64,000 nucleotides of DNA from Octopus sinensis (GCF_006345805.1 NC_042999.1:29698001-29762000); one strand, 5' to 3'. Shown: positions 1 through 12,929, counted from the stretch's first letter. Notes: generated by a model not told the origin, from the letters alone. A program made the numbers and translations.

Positions 1-2133
1 GTTAGGTTTCATTTCGTTTCACCCCCTTTCCTGAATTGCGAAATGATACAAGGTAAATAACATCAGATTAGTGTATTAGGCAGGTTAGAACCCATTACAT
101 ATTCTAAGTTATAAGTAAAGATCTACACCGGACTTAAACTAAAGACTTGGAATTGCCGCCACCTAACTCTCTGAAGAGTGAATGATAGTCGATTAAATAG
201 GGTAGACCGGTAAGAGTCGAATGGTGTGTAGTCCTATATGAAGCATCTAATATTTTCGAAATTACAGATTTAAGCTGTGATGTTGATGGAAATATATATA
301 TGTATTTATTTACAATTTCATTATACTTTCTGTTTGTATTTTCAAGTAGTGACATGAGATAGATTGCTGGGTGGATATATCGAAAATGTTGATGAGGAAA
401 GATCAAAATTGTGAGAAAGATTGTCATTTGTTAGGTCAAGGTAGGGAACTACGGATTATAGCACTGGAAGTACGCTAACACAGTGCATGACTGCAAGAAT
501 ATGTTTCATTTTATAGGGCTGCAAGATGGCGGGGGTACACGTTTATGGAAATATTGAGTAATATGTTAGTACACGCCTTCTTTGACAAGATCTAGTGCAG
601 AAAATTCATGACAGTGTAGTAATTCTTGATATAATAGTATGCAGGTTAATTTTGGTATTGCCACTGTTCTTGATTTTGCTGCACCAAGGGATAATTGATG
701 AAGATAAAAATGACATAGATCGAAAAAATTAGTTATAGCTGGTAAATATCTGTCACATAAATTATCAATTCATTAAGAAATTAAGGACCTAATTTATAAT
801 ATAGATCTAGATAAATGAGATGAACCAGTCGCAACTGGAACGCCATTAGTCAGGGTTGGTTTTACCTCAATAACACGATCAGTATTAAGCGGTTGCTTTT
901 CTTTGTCTCCAAGTAAATGACAGCAATATTTTTCTTTTTCTCTCAGTTTTTAAATGCTTCCGTATAACAAATAACTGTAGAGATTCTAGCACTCTCAAAT
1001 TCATATCCATCTATGAGTGGATATAAGTAATATAAAGACATGGCTAACTTTATGAAGGATTATATATTTAAAACTCTGTGTAAATTGACGAGTCGCAGCC
1101 TACATATTTTGTAAAATTTCATGCTATACCTAATTTATCAATAACTGAATGATCTCTTTTTTCTAAATCAATACTCTAATATTTTTTTATACATTTATCT
1201 ACACATACCAACAATTTAATGATATCTGTGATCCACTACAATTACAATGTCTAGATATACCAGAATTATACCCTGGTGAGTAACTTTATTCTACTATCGA
1301 TATATAAATTTACCTAGTTCTATACGATATTTAATACGTCACTGAGAATAAATAGATAACCTCATAAATTCATATAATTTAAACGGATGAGGATATGGTA
1401 ACACATATGTTACAACACATTGCACACACCGTTGTAAGATTCTTGTATACCAAACAACTTGTATGAACGTGATATATTTTAAGGACATTTCCCTGATAAT
1501 ATATACAAAACGTTCACCTACATTTGCGTTACTGAAGAATTTTACGATACATTTCAATGGTTATATCAGAAAAAATCTTCATATTAATCAAATTTCAAGT
1601 TACTCTTACAAGGTTACTAAATCCGTTAGATGCACCACGTCCATAATACACAAAGAGTAATACTCTGATTTCCGCTGTAGAAAAACTTGGAGAGTAATAT
1701 GTTGAGATATTACTTGTGTATAGTGATATATCCACGTTTAAGACGATAGACGAATTTAGAATATATACCGAAAAGTGCATACTGAAATGACGTTCATATT
1801 TCATCGGAGATATTTTCTTGCGAGTGACAAATATAATACTTTCTATAAAATTACACGTTATCAATGATTTATGCTTTAGTTTATGTCATTAGTTTTAGTT
1901 ACAATCTCATGAATTATTTCTTGGCCCAACACAAAAAAAATATATAATTTGCGTATAATTATGCGTTGATAGTAGATTTCTCATGTATACCAATGTCTAT
2001 TTTCATATGTTGATGTCATTTCAGGTATAAACATAATAATTGATTGTATTTACAACGGAATGTAGGAAGAGGTTCTGAAAAAAACGAACGATAAGTACCT
2101 CAAAACACTTAATTTCAATATTTTGATATTCTA

Positions 2134-3427
2134 CGAGGGGCGTTTAGTAAGTAATGCCCCTGACCCACTTCCCATAGCAGTAGAGGAACGAAACTTGGCA
2201 CAGTTATTAGTCTTTTCCTACATAGGACGCCCCCAGAGTTACGCATTTCCCCCATTGTTTGATGCAGCTCTGAAGACCGTTTTTGTAGAAGACCGCAGCT
2301 TGGTCCTCCAACCACGACGTGACTTCAGAAATCAAGGCTGCATCACCTGGGAAACGTTTTCCTTTCAAAAACAACTTCATGGCTGGGAAGAGGGGAAAAT
2401 CAGAGGCTGCAAGGTCAAGAGAGTAGGGGGATGGGGGAGGAGTTCATAGCCGCACGCCTGTGCTTCTGATCTGGTGACACGCGAGTTGTGGACCGGAGCG
2501 TTGTCCTGCAGGAGGAGGATGCCTTTGTTGATCTTGCCCCGCCTCTTGATTTTGATAGCTTCTCTTAATTTCCTCAAAAATGAAGCATAATAGGCTCCTG
2601 TAATTGTGGTACACTTTGCCAGGAAATCTGTCATCACTACTCCATCCTAGTCCCAGAAGACTGTGAGTATATCCTTGCCAGCGGAGGGCTGCACCCTTGC
2701 CTTCTTTGGAGGAGGTGAGTCACGGCGCTTCCCTTGCATTGACTGGGCTTTGGTTTCTGGATCATAATGACGGACCCATATTTCATCCTGTGCAATCAGT
2801 CTTTTGAAAAACTTTGACTCATTTTCTTGGCACATCTCCAAATTCATGCTCGAGCACTCCACGCGTTCTTGCTTCTGAAAAGGTGTGAACAACCTGGGAA
2901 TCAATCTGGAAGACAACCTTTGCATATGCAAAGGGTCATGAATGATAGTTTCCACAGACCCGGTACTAATCTTGACCTAATGGGCTATTTGGCGAATAGT
3001 TATGCGTCAATCTTCCAAAATGGCAGCCTCAACTTGACGGACAGATGCCTCATCAATGACAGAAGGGGGTGACCAGATCTGGGAGCCTTTTCCACAGAGT
3101 TCCGACCATGTTTGAATTCACGATGCCAGCGTTTTACAAGGTCATATGATGGGGCATCATCACCATAAGTTACTTTCATTTCATCAAAAGTCTCCCATGG
3201 TGTGCGTCCTTTCAAATGCAAAAAAAAACGGATCACTGCTCGACACTCTAAAGGCTCCATTTCACACTTGACTAAGTTCAAACAACCGGAAATCAGAAAC
3301 CACAATTATTTCAGAGCTGTAATTCGCCACGTCATCTATAAAGATAAAAATAATTGCACATGCAAAATTTCAGCAAGATCAATCAACTGCAAGTGGGTCA
3401 GGCGCATTACTTATTGAACGTCCCTAG
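2134..3427 (-). mobile_element. Full-length mariner (DD34D) transposon, transposase broken by frameshifts/stops
   Basis: 37-bp TIRs (2134-2170 CGAGGGGCGTTTAGTAAGTAATGCCCCTGACCCACTT; 3391-3427, about 5 mismatches), TA on both sides, 1294 bp long. Collinear minus-strand ORF pieces: MEPLECRAVIRFF..(HTH), LIPRLFT (WVPREL-like), QDEIWVRHYDPETK, LLQDNAPVH, HPP-YSLDLAASDF (YSPDLAP-like). Confidence 0.95.
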
Positions 3428-4360
3428 TATATAATGCAAAGGCAGATATAACTAATTAGAATAGATTTCAATATATTTAATGTGATGTAAATAATTCTCC
3501 TTTGAACATAAGAGATAAGATGCAGCTTTCATTAACTACCCATCAAATGCACACACAATACATTTTACCTTATAACTTATTTTCATAAATCCACAGGTGT
3601 ATCTCTTGTATCCCTTTTCACGTGTGGTGAAGATATATAAATGAATTATATAGTGTGAATTTCGAATAACAGGATCCCCACCTCGCGCGCACACATATAT
3701 ATCATTCAAACCAAATCTCAGTTGCCATTTTTAGTTAAATATAGATATGTTTATAAATGAGATTTTGACTGCAAGCATTTAAAGCGTGTATTTACAGTCC
3801 CTTTACCAGAGTTGAAGCTTGAAATATGCATATTAAGTAAAAGTCAATTGACAGAATATTGGTTGGAATCCATCGGTAGTATGAACATTCTGACATTATT
3901 CCCAGGTTTCTGAATTCAGATTGGATCACCCTCCAGTGAAGTACACAACAGTAGAATTAATAAGTTAATATGTGGTAGTACTGTTCTTCGAAAATACTAT
4001 CATTGAAATATATAGTAAGCCCCATTTGTTCAGAGGATGGAATTCTACCCTTTAAACACTTAAAAGTTTTTATATTTGTTTGGAATTTTCAGAAACTTTT
4101 TTTTAAATTTCTGTTCTACATACGGGAATTCATACGATTATACAATCACGAGAAGAATATATTTGTGCCTGATTTAAAGGACTATTCAGCTGTCATATTT
4201 AAAACATTTCACGACCACCTCAGACATTCCTTGTTTGTCAGGTCTAACGTATTGATGTTTTTCAATATCTTTGTCACAAATATCACATGTAATGATCTAT
4301 TACTGGAATTTAAGCCTAAAGTATGAACTGCCCGCAATTAAACTGTGGTATTTCTAAAAA

Positions 4361-4736
4361 GGAGGCGCAATGGCCCAGTGGTTAGGGCAGCGGACTCGCG
4401 GTCGTAGGATCGCAGTTTCGATTCTCAGACCGGGCGTTGTGAGTGTTTATTGAGCGAAAACACCTAAAGCTCCACGAGGCTCGGGCAGGGATGGTGGTGA
4501 TCCCTGCTGTACTCTTTCACCACAACTTTCTCTCACTCTTACTTCCTGTTTCTGTTGTACCTGTATTTCAAGGGGCCGGCCTTGTCACTCTCTGTGTCAC
4601 GCTGAATATCCCCGAGAACTACGTTAAGGGTACACGTGTCTGTGGAGTGCTCAGTCACTTACACGTTAATTTCACGAGCAGGCTGTTCCGTTGATCTGAT
4701 CAACCGGAACCCTCGTCGTCGTAACCGACGGAGTGC
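4361..4736 (+). mobile_element. tRNA-derived SINE
   Basis: Head GGAGGCGCAATGGCCCAGTGG (A box) and GTTTCGATTCT (B box), followed by a GC-richer ~300-bp body with internal hairpins and no tRNA 3' acceptor arm. Confidence 0.8.
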
Positions 4737-4890
4737 ATCTATATATTTCTTAAAAAAAGCGTTTTGAAATTTATCCATTTTCTGATTGTGATGAGGCAAT
4801 AAATTCAGGGGAGCAAACATCTGTAGTAATGCCCTTTTATTTACACGATTTATTTGTATTTCAATTTCATATCATTCATTGTTTGCTATG

Positions 4891-4963
4891 CTCTCTCTCT
4901 CTCTCTCTCTCTTAGTCTCTCTCTCACACACACACATACACATACACACACACACACTCACAC
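4891..4963. repeat. (CT)n(CA)n microsatellite
   Basis: Seen directly. Confidence 0.95.
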
Positions 4964-5925
4964 TGCAAACCTAAAGGTGGGCTGCTGAAGTGAAATCTCT
5001 ATGTTGCTTTGAGGGGAAGTTAAATCTTGACAAACTGCCTCTCCTTCAGTTTTTGGACTACTGTGATGATATTCGCGCATTTATAGGTTTATAAAGATAT
5101 ATTTTAATATATCTCTCAATATATATTGAACATGCCCTTTAATATTTTTATATGTAATATATATTTATTTTTTATATTATTCATTCATCCATCTTGGTGG
5201 AATCTTCCATCAGGTACATTTTGCTTTCATATCCCTTCACATCTGTTCTCTATTTAAACGGTTATACAATTTAAAATTGTTTTGTGTATGTTTGTACGTA
5301 CACCAAAGTATCATGTTCGGATTGGTTGCAGATTTAATGACGTCATGTCTATCATTTTGACTAGAACATCGCTGTAATGCCCATGTGCTTTATGCGTTTT
5401 GATAAAATATTGTTGTTTTGGCAGAAGTCTAGCATTCTGAGTAGTTCCCTTGCCGGTGACATCTTTTACTTGTCGAATGTTTCAATCCTTTGTTCACTGA
5501 TTGGTTGTTTTCATTCTCATCATGTCATAAATATACATCAATCAACAAGGTGAGCTTTTTTCAAATATATTACTTTTGATTTTGACTTCCAACTATTTCA
5601 TCGTTTCCTGATATTTTTGCTTCATATCTGCATGGTACTTTATAAAAAAAACCCACGCGGATTGTTAACGGTCCTTATACAATGTACTTTCATTGTTCTG
5701 TAGACCAATAAGATAACATATTATTATTATAGGTGAGACGACCGCATCGTTATAATTTCAGACAAAATTCTCCAAGACATTTCTCGAGGTTTTTCACGTT
5801 TTCTCGTCAGAACCCACCGCAGTTTGTTTTGCTTTTAATCATTTCGTGGTCCATAAAGCAAGTATCAGCGTACATCTTTCATTTCACTTAGAAACTGATG
5901 ACCTTGTGCTAAGATTAGAAACAGA

Positions 5926-6113
5926 TACTACTACTGCTGCTGATGATGATGATGCTGCAGTTACACCACCAACACCGCCGCTGCCACCACAACCGCCACC
6001 ATCACCACCACCATTGCTGCTGCTGCTGCTGCTACTACTACTAGTACTACAACTACTACAGCTACTACTACTACTACTACTACTACTACAACTACTACTA
6101 CTACTACAACTAT

Positions 6114-6155
<42 letters not shown>
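5926..6155. repeat. Compound trinucleotide repeat (TGA/CCA/CTG/CTA)n
   Basis: Seen directly; generates the poly-L/S/V shadow ORFs at 5846-6216. Confidence 0.95.
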
Positions 6156-7334
6156 GCCTTCCACGACCGACTTTCCTCTGATACTTTATATTGTGAGTAC
6201 AAGTCTTAATGAGCACAAATTTCCCTTCCCACCCTGATATCGATTAACTAAATTCCCATCATCGTCTACCTCCTTATCGTCACAATCATCATCGCCAATA
6301 ACACCATTGGTGGTTTATGATAATTAATTGCATTGCTTTGGTATTGCTTGTTCCGTGGATGGTATTATTTTTGCGGCTACACTTTTTTTTTATGTTTTAC
6401 GATTGTGATATGCCACGAATATCAACATACCGGAATAAATGCATTGTGCTAATTATTTCCGTCCCTTTTCGCGCTTACTAAACTCCATTCATTAATTAAT
6501 TATGCTGCATCCGAAATACATTCAATAATTTCCTTCTTATTCGTCCCGTAATAGTGCATTTAATGTCAATTAGAATATATTATGATAATATTATTTCATT
6601 TAAACGACAATTAAAGAATTTATCATTAATATTGTATTTAGCAATTTCTAACACGATTTCTATAATAGGAATTTTCTATAATTTTGCTTTTTGAATATTT
6701 ACAGACATGTATTATGTATTTTATTTCTATGCGTTACATTACTTTAGTTGTGTCTAGGGAGATTCATTACAGCAATATTAATAACATACGCACCCGTTCA
6801 ATTCCAGTTCTTTCTTAGTTACTTGGCGAAATCTCTAGCCATGCAACTGAATGATCGTTTGTGTACGTTGTTCATTAATCAGTCAAAGTTTTGTTTTGGT
6901 TATTGTCATAGTCATTTGCTGCCATTAGTAACATTTTCAATGACTTATTTTACTGTCATTTACGTACGGAGAGTTACTCTGTCTCATACGTTGTGGCCTG
7001 TATGTAAAAGATAGTAGGTATGTTGGTGTGCTTTCAATTGGGTCAGCGTGTGCGCGTGCCAGTGTGCGTTTTTAGGGGCCTCTATGCGTCTACAATTGCC
7101 AATGAGTGCTTCAGGTGTAAGGATGTATAGATATTAATTGTGTGTGTATACTTTTGCGTACCTGTCTGTGTGTGCCTTCGCGTGTGCATATGTGTGCTTG
7201 TGCTTGTATGTGTGTCTGCCTGCTTATAGGGGGAGTTTTGAGTGTGTTGATGTGTTAATGATCCTGTTCCTGAGTTCACGTGTGTGCGTGTGTGTTTACC
7301 TGTGAGTTATACTAGGTGTTGGTGAGTGCGTTCT

Positions 7335-7790
7335 ATACGTGTTGGATAGCCAGATTTGAAATTCAGGCATTGATGTGTGCCATTACGTTTATATTATATA
7401 ACAATGGTGTTGATTTCACTCTTAATTACCTTAATGTCTAGAAATCGAAATTTGGTACAACTCATCTCCTTTGTACATACGAAACGTGGGTGCAGATTGT
7501 TCAGGCGGATTTTGAAGCAACCGTCAATATATCGCTTCCATCAATCTTCTAAATTCAGTGCCGTAGTTTTCTTCTTTCTATTTAAATACAATGTGCTACT
7601 TTCAAAACTAAGTTTGACGACTCCTAGTAGAAATGGTACACAGTATTTAATAGCTTTTATTTAGTAAACCATGTGGAATATTGGTGTAAAGACATACTAC
7701 ATCAAAACTACTTATAATTGAATTCGATTCCGTTGATTTGGGAAGGTGGGACAGGAAGGTGAAATTTAGCACACGAATAGCAGCCTATGT
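7335..7790 (-). mobile_element. Penelope-like element RT relic
   Basis: Minus-strand translation gives FLSHLPKSTESNSIISSFDVVCLYT and WKRYIDGCF..LNNLHP..TKEMS..FLDIKVIK, paralleling the PLE RT at 44886-45776. Confidence 0.85.
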
Positions 7791-8223
7791 TAGGACAATG
7801 AACCATGTGACATAGCTATGCAAACCCTTTGAAACAAAGATACTTGCACAGGAATTCATGCTCTGCATGCGGCTGGCAAGAGAGGGTTCGAGTAGACAAG
7901 TGTGGAGTCGAAGATATCACATGACATCATGTGTAATGATGCTGATTGGTACTCACCCATGATACCGAAGTAAACTTTGGAAGAGTATACAGGGGATCTG
8001 TGACAAAGCAAACTGACTGAACACGTGATACAGATCCAGTAGGTTATCGTATGAGCTATATCGACCTTATTGCTGATGTGGGCACTCATTTGGAGCACTA
8101 CAATTCCAGTCAATTATATATTTTGAGTATTGTTATCTCTAGCGTTATCAAGATATAACTTTGTATTTTATATTATATATATATATACTAATTTACAAGA
8201 TAAGGGGAAAAGAACAACTTTTC

Positions 8224-8718
8224 ATAAAATTTTTTTCCGGAGAAAAATTTTATCCTATATTAGTTATAAATTGAATTAGTGTTCACTTCCGGATTCTCTC
8301 ACTCTGTGAAAGTTTTTAGTTCGAATCACATGTGTCTTGTGATGTGCCGAAGATTTTTCTATTTTGGATATATTTGGGGTACTTATGCCTGCTCAGGACT
8401 TGGTGTTTGCTTTTTCCATGGGTATGAGTAAGTACTTCACTTATATCTTGCGTATTTGCCGCTGAAGAGGGAAAACATTCTTATTAATTAACCCTGAAAT
8501 TCGACCAATACGGTAATGAGGAATTTTTTAGAAATTTCTATCGGTTTGATTCGTGATGCATAAATTATAATGGATATTGAAAAGTTTTGTCTTAGAATTT
8601 TTCTTTTGCCCTTAGTTGTAAATTATTTATAAATTTAACCTTTAAAGGTATTTTTTGATATGCTGGCCATTGATAAAATATTTTTCCCGAAAAAAATTTT
8701 TATCCTATATTAGTTATA
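8224..8718 (+). repeat. 450-bp unit bounded by ~45-bp direct repeats (pLTR/retrozyme-like)
   Basis: ATAAAAT..TTTTTCC.GA.AAAAATTT(T)TATCCTATATTAGTTATA at 8224-8268 and 8673-8718 (offset 450); the unit contains a hammerhead motif. Confidence 0.75.
8456..8516 (+). ncRNA. Type I hammerhead ribozyme motif (intact core)
   Basis: Stem I UUGCCG/CGGUAA; CUGAAGA; stem II GGG..CCCU; GAAA; stem III AUU/AAU with CGACC loop; AUA cleavage triplet, predicted cut after 8510. Confidence 0.75.
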
Positions 8719-8929
8719 TATATATATATACATATAGAAATATATATAGAAATCTATATATATATATATATATAAATATATGTATATAAATATATATGTG
8801 TGTGTGTGTGTGTGTATGCGTGTGTGTGTGTGTGTGTGTGTGTTTATGTGTGTGTGTGAAAATTTGAGTTGATGCATTTTGGAAAATAGACTATGCTAAA
8901 ACAACCATACTCTCTTCTTTAAGGGAAAC

Positions 8930-9022
8930 CTTTCAAAGCATCTAATAATATCAGACACCTAGAAGTAATTGTTGATAACAATCTCAGTTGGAGTGCCCAC
9001 ATCAGCAATAAGGTCGATTTAC
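8930..9022 (+). mobile_element. CR1/L2-like LINE RT fragment
   Basis: Translates NIRHLEVIVDNNLSWSAHISNKV, matching the C-terminal RT motif IRDLGVxVDxxLSWxxHI. Confidence 0.6.
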
Positions 9023-9036
9023 CTCATAGGATGAGT

Positions 9037-9111
<75 letters not shown>

Positions 9112-9650
9112 TAAAGAGAGAGAGAGAGAGAGAGAGAGCTTTTACTTCTCTGCTTACATTTCAGTTTCTCTAAATATTTCTCTTTCCACGGCTTTAATAT
9201 TTCTTTCCATTCATCTGTAGCACTGCATTTCTCCACTCATGTTTTTGCTATCTTCTTTCTCTCTCCCCTTTCTCAAAATTAACTTAGAGAAAATAAATAC
9301 CAGCGCCCCTTCATCATACGCAGTCCTCACCTTCGGTTAAAATATCTTAGTAATGTTGTGTCTCTTTTTTTCTCTCATGAGAATATCGCATTGTTTTACA
9401 TCATCTTATTCCCTCTGGAATAATATTAATTTTTTTTCGAAACATATGTCGGAAGAATAAGTATTTGAATAATACCTGCGTTTAACTCCATTTTTTACTT
9501 ATCTGTTACGCAAAAATCATTTCACTAAACACTGGAATGTTTAGCTTTTAAGTAGGCTGTAACATCCTTGGTAATTATGTGAATTTTTTGCTACCCTCGT
9601 AACCATTTATTTTTTACCATGTTATTTGTACATGATGAACATACGCATAC

Positions 9651-9714
<64 letters not shown>

Positions 9715-9721
9715 ATATATA

Positions 9722-9776
<55 letters not shown>

Positions 9777-9904
9777 TGTGTGTGTGTGTGTATATGTGTG
9801 CGTATATGTGTGTGTATTCGATTATATGTTTCAGCCCTGAGGTCATGTCGATGCTGGAGCACCATCAGTGTAATCACCTTTAATTGACTAATTTATAGGA
9901 TTAG

Positions 9905-10115
9905 ATCTAGTTGCAGGTGGTATTTCGATACCGGTGTCCTCTTTGGAGTTTCCTGACTTGATAATGGTAAGTTGGGATCTTGGATAACATGATGTAAAGT
10001 TGTTTTCTGAAATCTACACCATGGAGTTCCCACACATATTTTATCAAGGAGTTAGTTAGCTGTGGGCCTTTGAATCCCAAACTTTTACAGTACATGTTCT
10101 TCACCTAGGCTAACA
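9905..10115 (-). mobile_element. CR1/L2-like LINE 3'-end fragment
   Basis: SLGFKGPQLTNSL..ELHGVDFRKQL..LSKIP resembles the GPxLFNxLP..FKxxLD..LxxIPD ORF2 C-terminus. Confidence 0.55.
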
Positions 10116-10399
10116 CAGCTGGCACTTTTAAAACAATGCAATGACGTCCAGTTCGAGGTCTGGTATAACTCTCAAATCCATAGTTTCGTGCCAGCCCCGC
10201 CAGTATTTACCACTCATATATCACTGCGTACTTCTCCCGTCTTCGATCCAGGAAGATAATACTAGGCTGATGGAGGTCTGACCCCAGAATTATGTAGTTG
10301 AGAAGCAACTTTCTTATCACACGCCTACGTCAGTGACTATTTATATAATCTATAAATATTATATACTTATATAATATATATATAATATATATATATATA

Positions 10400-11165
10400 T
10401 AGAAGTCCAGCAAAATTTAGATTCAAATGAATATGGTACTTAAGTTAGATGCACCAGAATTGTGTGTGGTGTTATCCATATAAATCCATGGGGTGATTAT
10501 AATAAAAAATAAGCAACAAAACTAACTTCGGTAATGTGGTACGATCGTTTCACGCTACATCATTTTCTTAATTATTGTAAGTATTACAACAGTTTCAAAA
10601 TGTTGAGCAATCATCAGCCATTAATTTTTTCCATTTATGTTTTCCAAGTTGATGTATATAAGTATATACATACTCTATAAGTGTATTCTCATCTGACATT
10701 GACCTAGTTTTCCTAATACAAAACTCTGTTTGCAAATAGTAGTAAACAGCCTCTATAGCATTTCAACCCCCTCTCTACCTTAATTTCTTTATAAACAACT
10801 TCTGACATCTATTTCACCCCTATTTCTATAAATAGAATGTTTTTGTCTTCTTTCAACTGATCATTTTTCCCAACATTCTAGCAGTTCAAAATAACTGAAT
10901 ATTCTGAATAATCTTCTGTCAGTTGATAAACTCTACTACCTTAGTGTTTTTAAAATTTAAATCGTCATCTTTGTCTATATATTTACATATTCTATAATGT
11001 TATCAATTGATATGAAAATTACGTACTAATGGAAAACCTGTATTAATTGCTGCTGATTGCTCAACATTGTAAAACTGTTGTAATATTTACAATATTTAAA
11101 AAGAGGATGTAGCGTGAAACGATCGTACCTAATTACCGAAGTTATTCTTCTTGCTTATTTTTGAT
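10400..11165. mobile_element. Penelope-like fold-back element: inverted ~135-bp pLTR-like arms around a GIY-YIG 3' relic
   Basis: 10503-10636 and 11031-11163 are inverted copies (roughly 85% by eye). The interior on minus reads DLNFKNTKVVE..KHSIYRNRGEID, like PLE endonuclease ends. Both ends run into (TA)n. Confidence 0.6.
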
Positions 11166-11867
11166 GCATATATATATATATATATTATATATATACACAC
11201 ACATATATATATATATATATATAGTACAATTAAAGATGTGTGCAATACGTCATCAGTCTACAATTTACTTGCTAAATCTTGTCTAAGGACTGTAGGGGAA
11301 AATATCTGCGTATTAGAAGCATTTTAATACGTCCGAATGCATTCGGAAGATGAAAAACTGTTCAAATGAGAAATCTCTTAGAAAAACAACTATTCTCTAA
11401 CTCAAATGCATGAAAGCCCATAAGGAGGCGAATGTCCCCATCACATCGGAGACGCATGTCTTGTGTCCATGCATATTGCCAGCTGCAAAACTGAATTTTT
11501 CTTTCACAGTGACGCATATACCCAAGAATTATATATTAATTACTGAACGTTGTGCTTTCAAGTATTTTTCTATGAGGTTAATGTTTTCCCGGGATGACCT
11601 TGGCAGACAAATGATTCCCAGATACTGAGTGTGCAGAAACGTGTTAAATGTGATTATATGCGATTCTATATTATTCAACGGTGAATCGGGCGAATCCATC
11701 TTTTGAATTTCAGCTTAAACCGCTGTTAACATCTCTCATAAATAAGAGCCGTTATTGCCAAAAGCCTACCACAGTAGACTTTGGTATTCATTTCTCATAA
11801 AGGGTATAGGCGCAGAAATATATGCGACGCACAACATATGTCATTCATCGCCAAATGTATTTTCGCA

Positions 11868-12293
11868 GACTTGTATCCTAAGATATTCTCAAAGGGCTAT
11901 TTCCACTGGAAAATGACTTCTGCGGGCCATTCCATACATGCATAAATAAATCACTGTTAGGAGAATCGGTTCCATTATCAGGATTTTGATTTTATGGGTG
12001 GTTCATTATTTTATCGTACAATTTTTCAGATTTAGAGAGAATATAATCGTATATAATTATGTTCATAACAAGCGTTTTTAGAAGGATGCTTATTATTTAT
12101 AAGAAATAAAAATAAAGAACAATTTTGTGAGTAGAGTTTAATCAAGTTTGAATCAGGCAATTAGGTTTGCATCAAGCTTCGCCAAACAAGATATAATCGA
12201 GCAATACCCTATTTAAAGTGATGTTCTATACTCGGACGCAGAATACATTGCCCAGTGGAAATAGCCCTGGGAAAATATCTTAACATACAAGTC
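11868..12293. repeat. Imperfect inverted repeat pair (~57-bp arms)
   Basis: 11868-11924 versus reverse complement of 12237-12293: shared GACTTGTAT, TAAGATATT, AGGGCTATTTCCACTGG, TTCTGCG. Confidence 0.7.
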
Positions 12294-12929
12294 TCACAAA
12301 ATCTATTGGTTGTGCATAGCATATCTGTTTTCAATGTTCCTCTTAATTTTAGCTCACCCTTTTCATTTTTTTCCTAACAGCTAATATTTCCTCGAACATG
12401 CTTGAATCACTTTTGAATCATTTTGGAAAAATCAATCAAAATATTAATCAGAAAAAGAATCTCAAATTGGTAAAAAGCTTTACATTGGGTAGTAACCAGG
12501 TCTCTCTCAATATCCTCTCATCATATGCAGAATGATTTCATCGGAAAATGTAGCCTACACAATCGAGAGAATTCTGCATTACCAAGCGGTTTATCTATTT
12601 ATATGGGAAAAAAGATTATATGATTACCAAGAATTAAAAAATTCCGGGAGAAAATCAGTGGTATTCATGGCAACAGAACAGGGACAATGATTTTTCTAAA
12701 CGTGTCGAGTATTCATTTTAACTCCCATTCCAATATATGATCCTCATTATGTAATCTATCACAAACCTAGCAATATATATTTTACAGATAAATTTGGGAT
12801 AACGTCAGTAAGGAAAGTCCTTTGTTGTAATTTAGAGATACCCACGACTTACGCTTTAGTCATAGATGAAATGTCAGTTCCTGTCGCTAATAAGTGTCTC
12901 CATCGTCAGGTTGTTACCTGTTTTGGATG

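Noticed and set aside
4200-4300. C2H2 zinc-finger start (TCDICDK on minus)
   Set aside because: No Phe/Leu/His-His spacing or linker follows.
4361-4435. tRNA gene (also heads at 16135, 28306, 40559)
   Set aside because: A/B boxes are present but there is no complete cloverleaf; they continue into repeated SINE bodies.
5780-5815. CTGACGA on the minus strand with a nearby GAAA
   Set aside because: No stem II or stem III in register; stem I cannot close.
5846-6216. Poly-Leu/Ser/Val ORFs
   Set aside because: Translations of a trinucleotide repeat, open in several frames and on both strands.
12840-12925. CTGACGA on the minus strand in a repeat-like context
   Set aside because: No GAAA in register and no partner for stem I.
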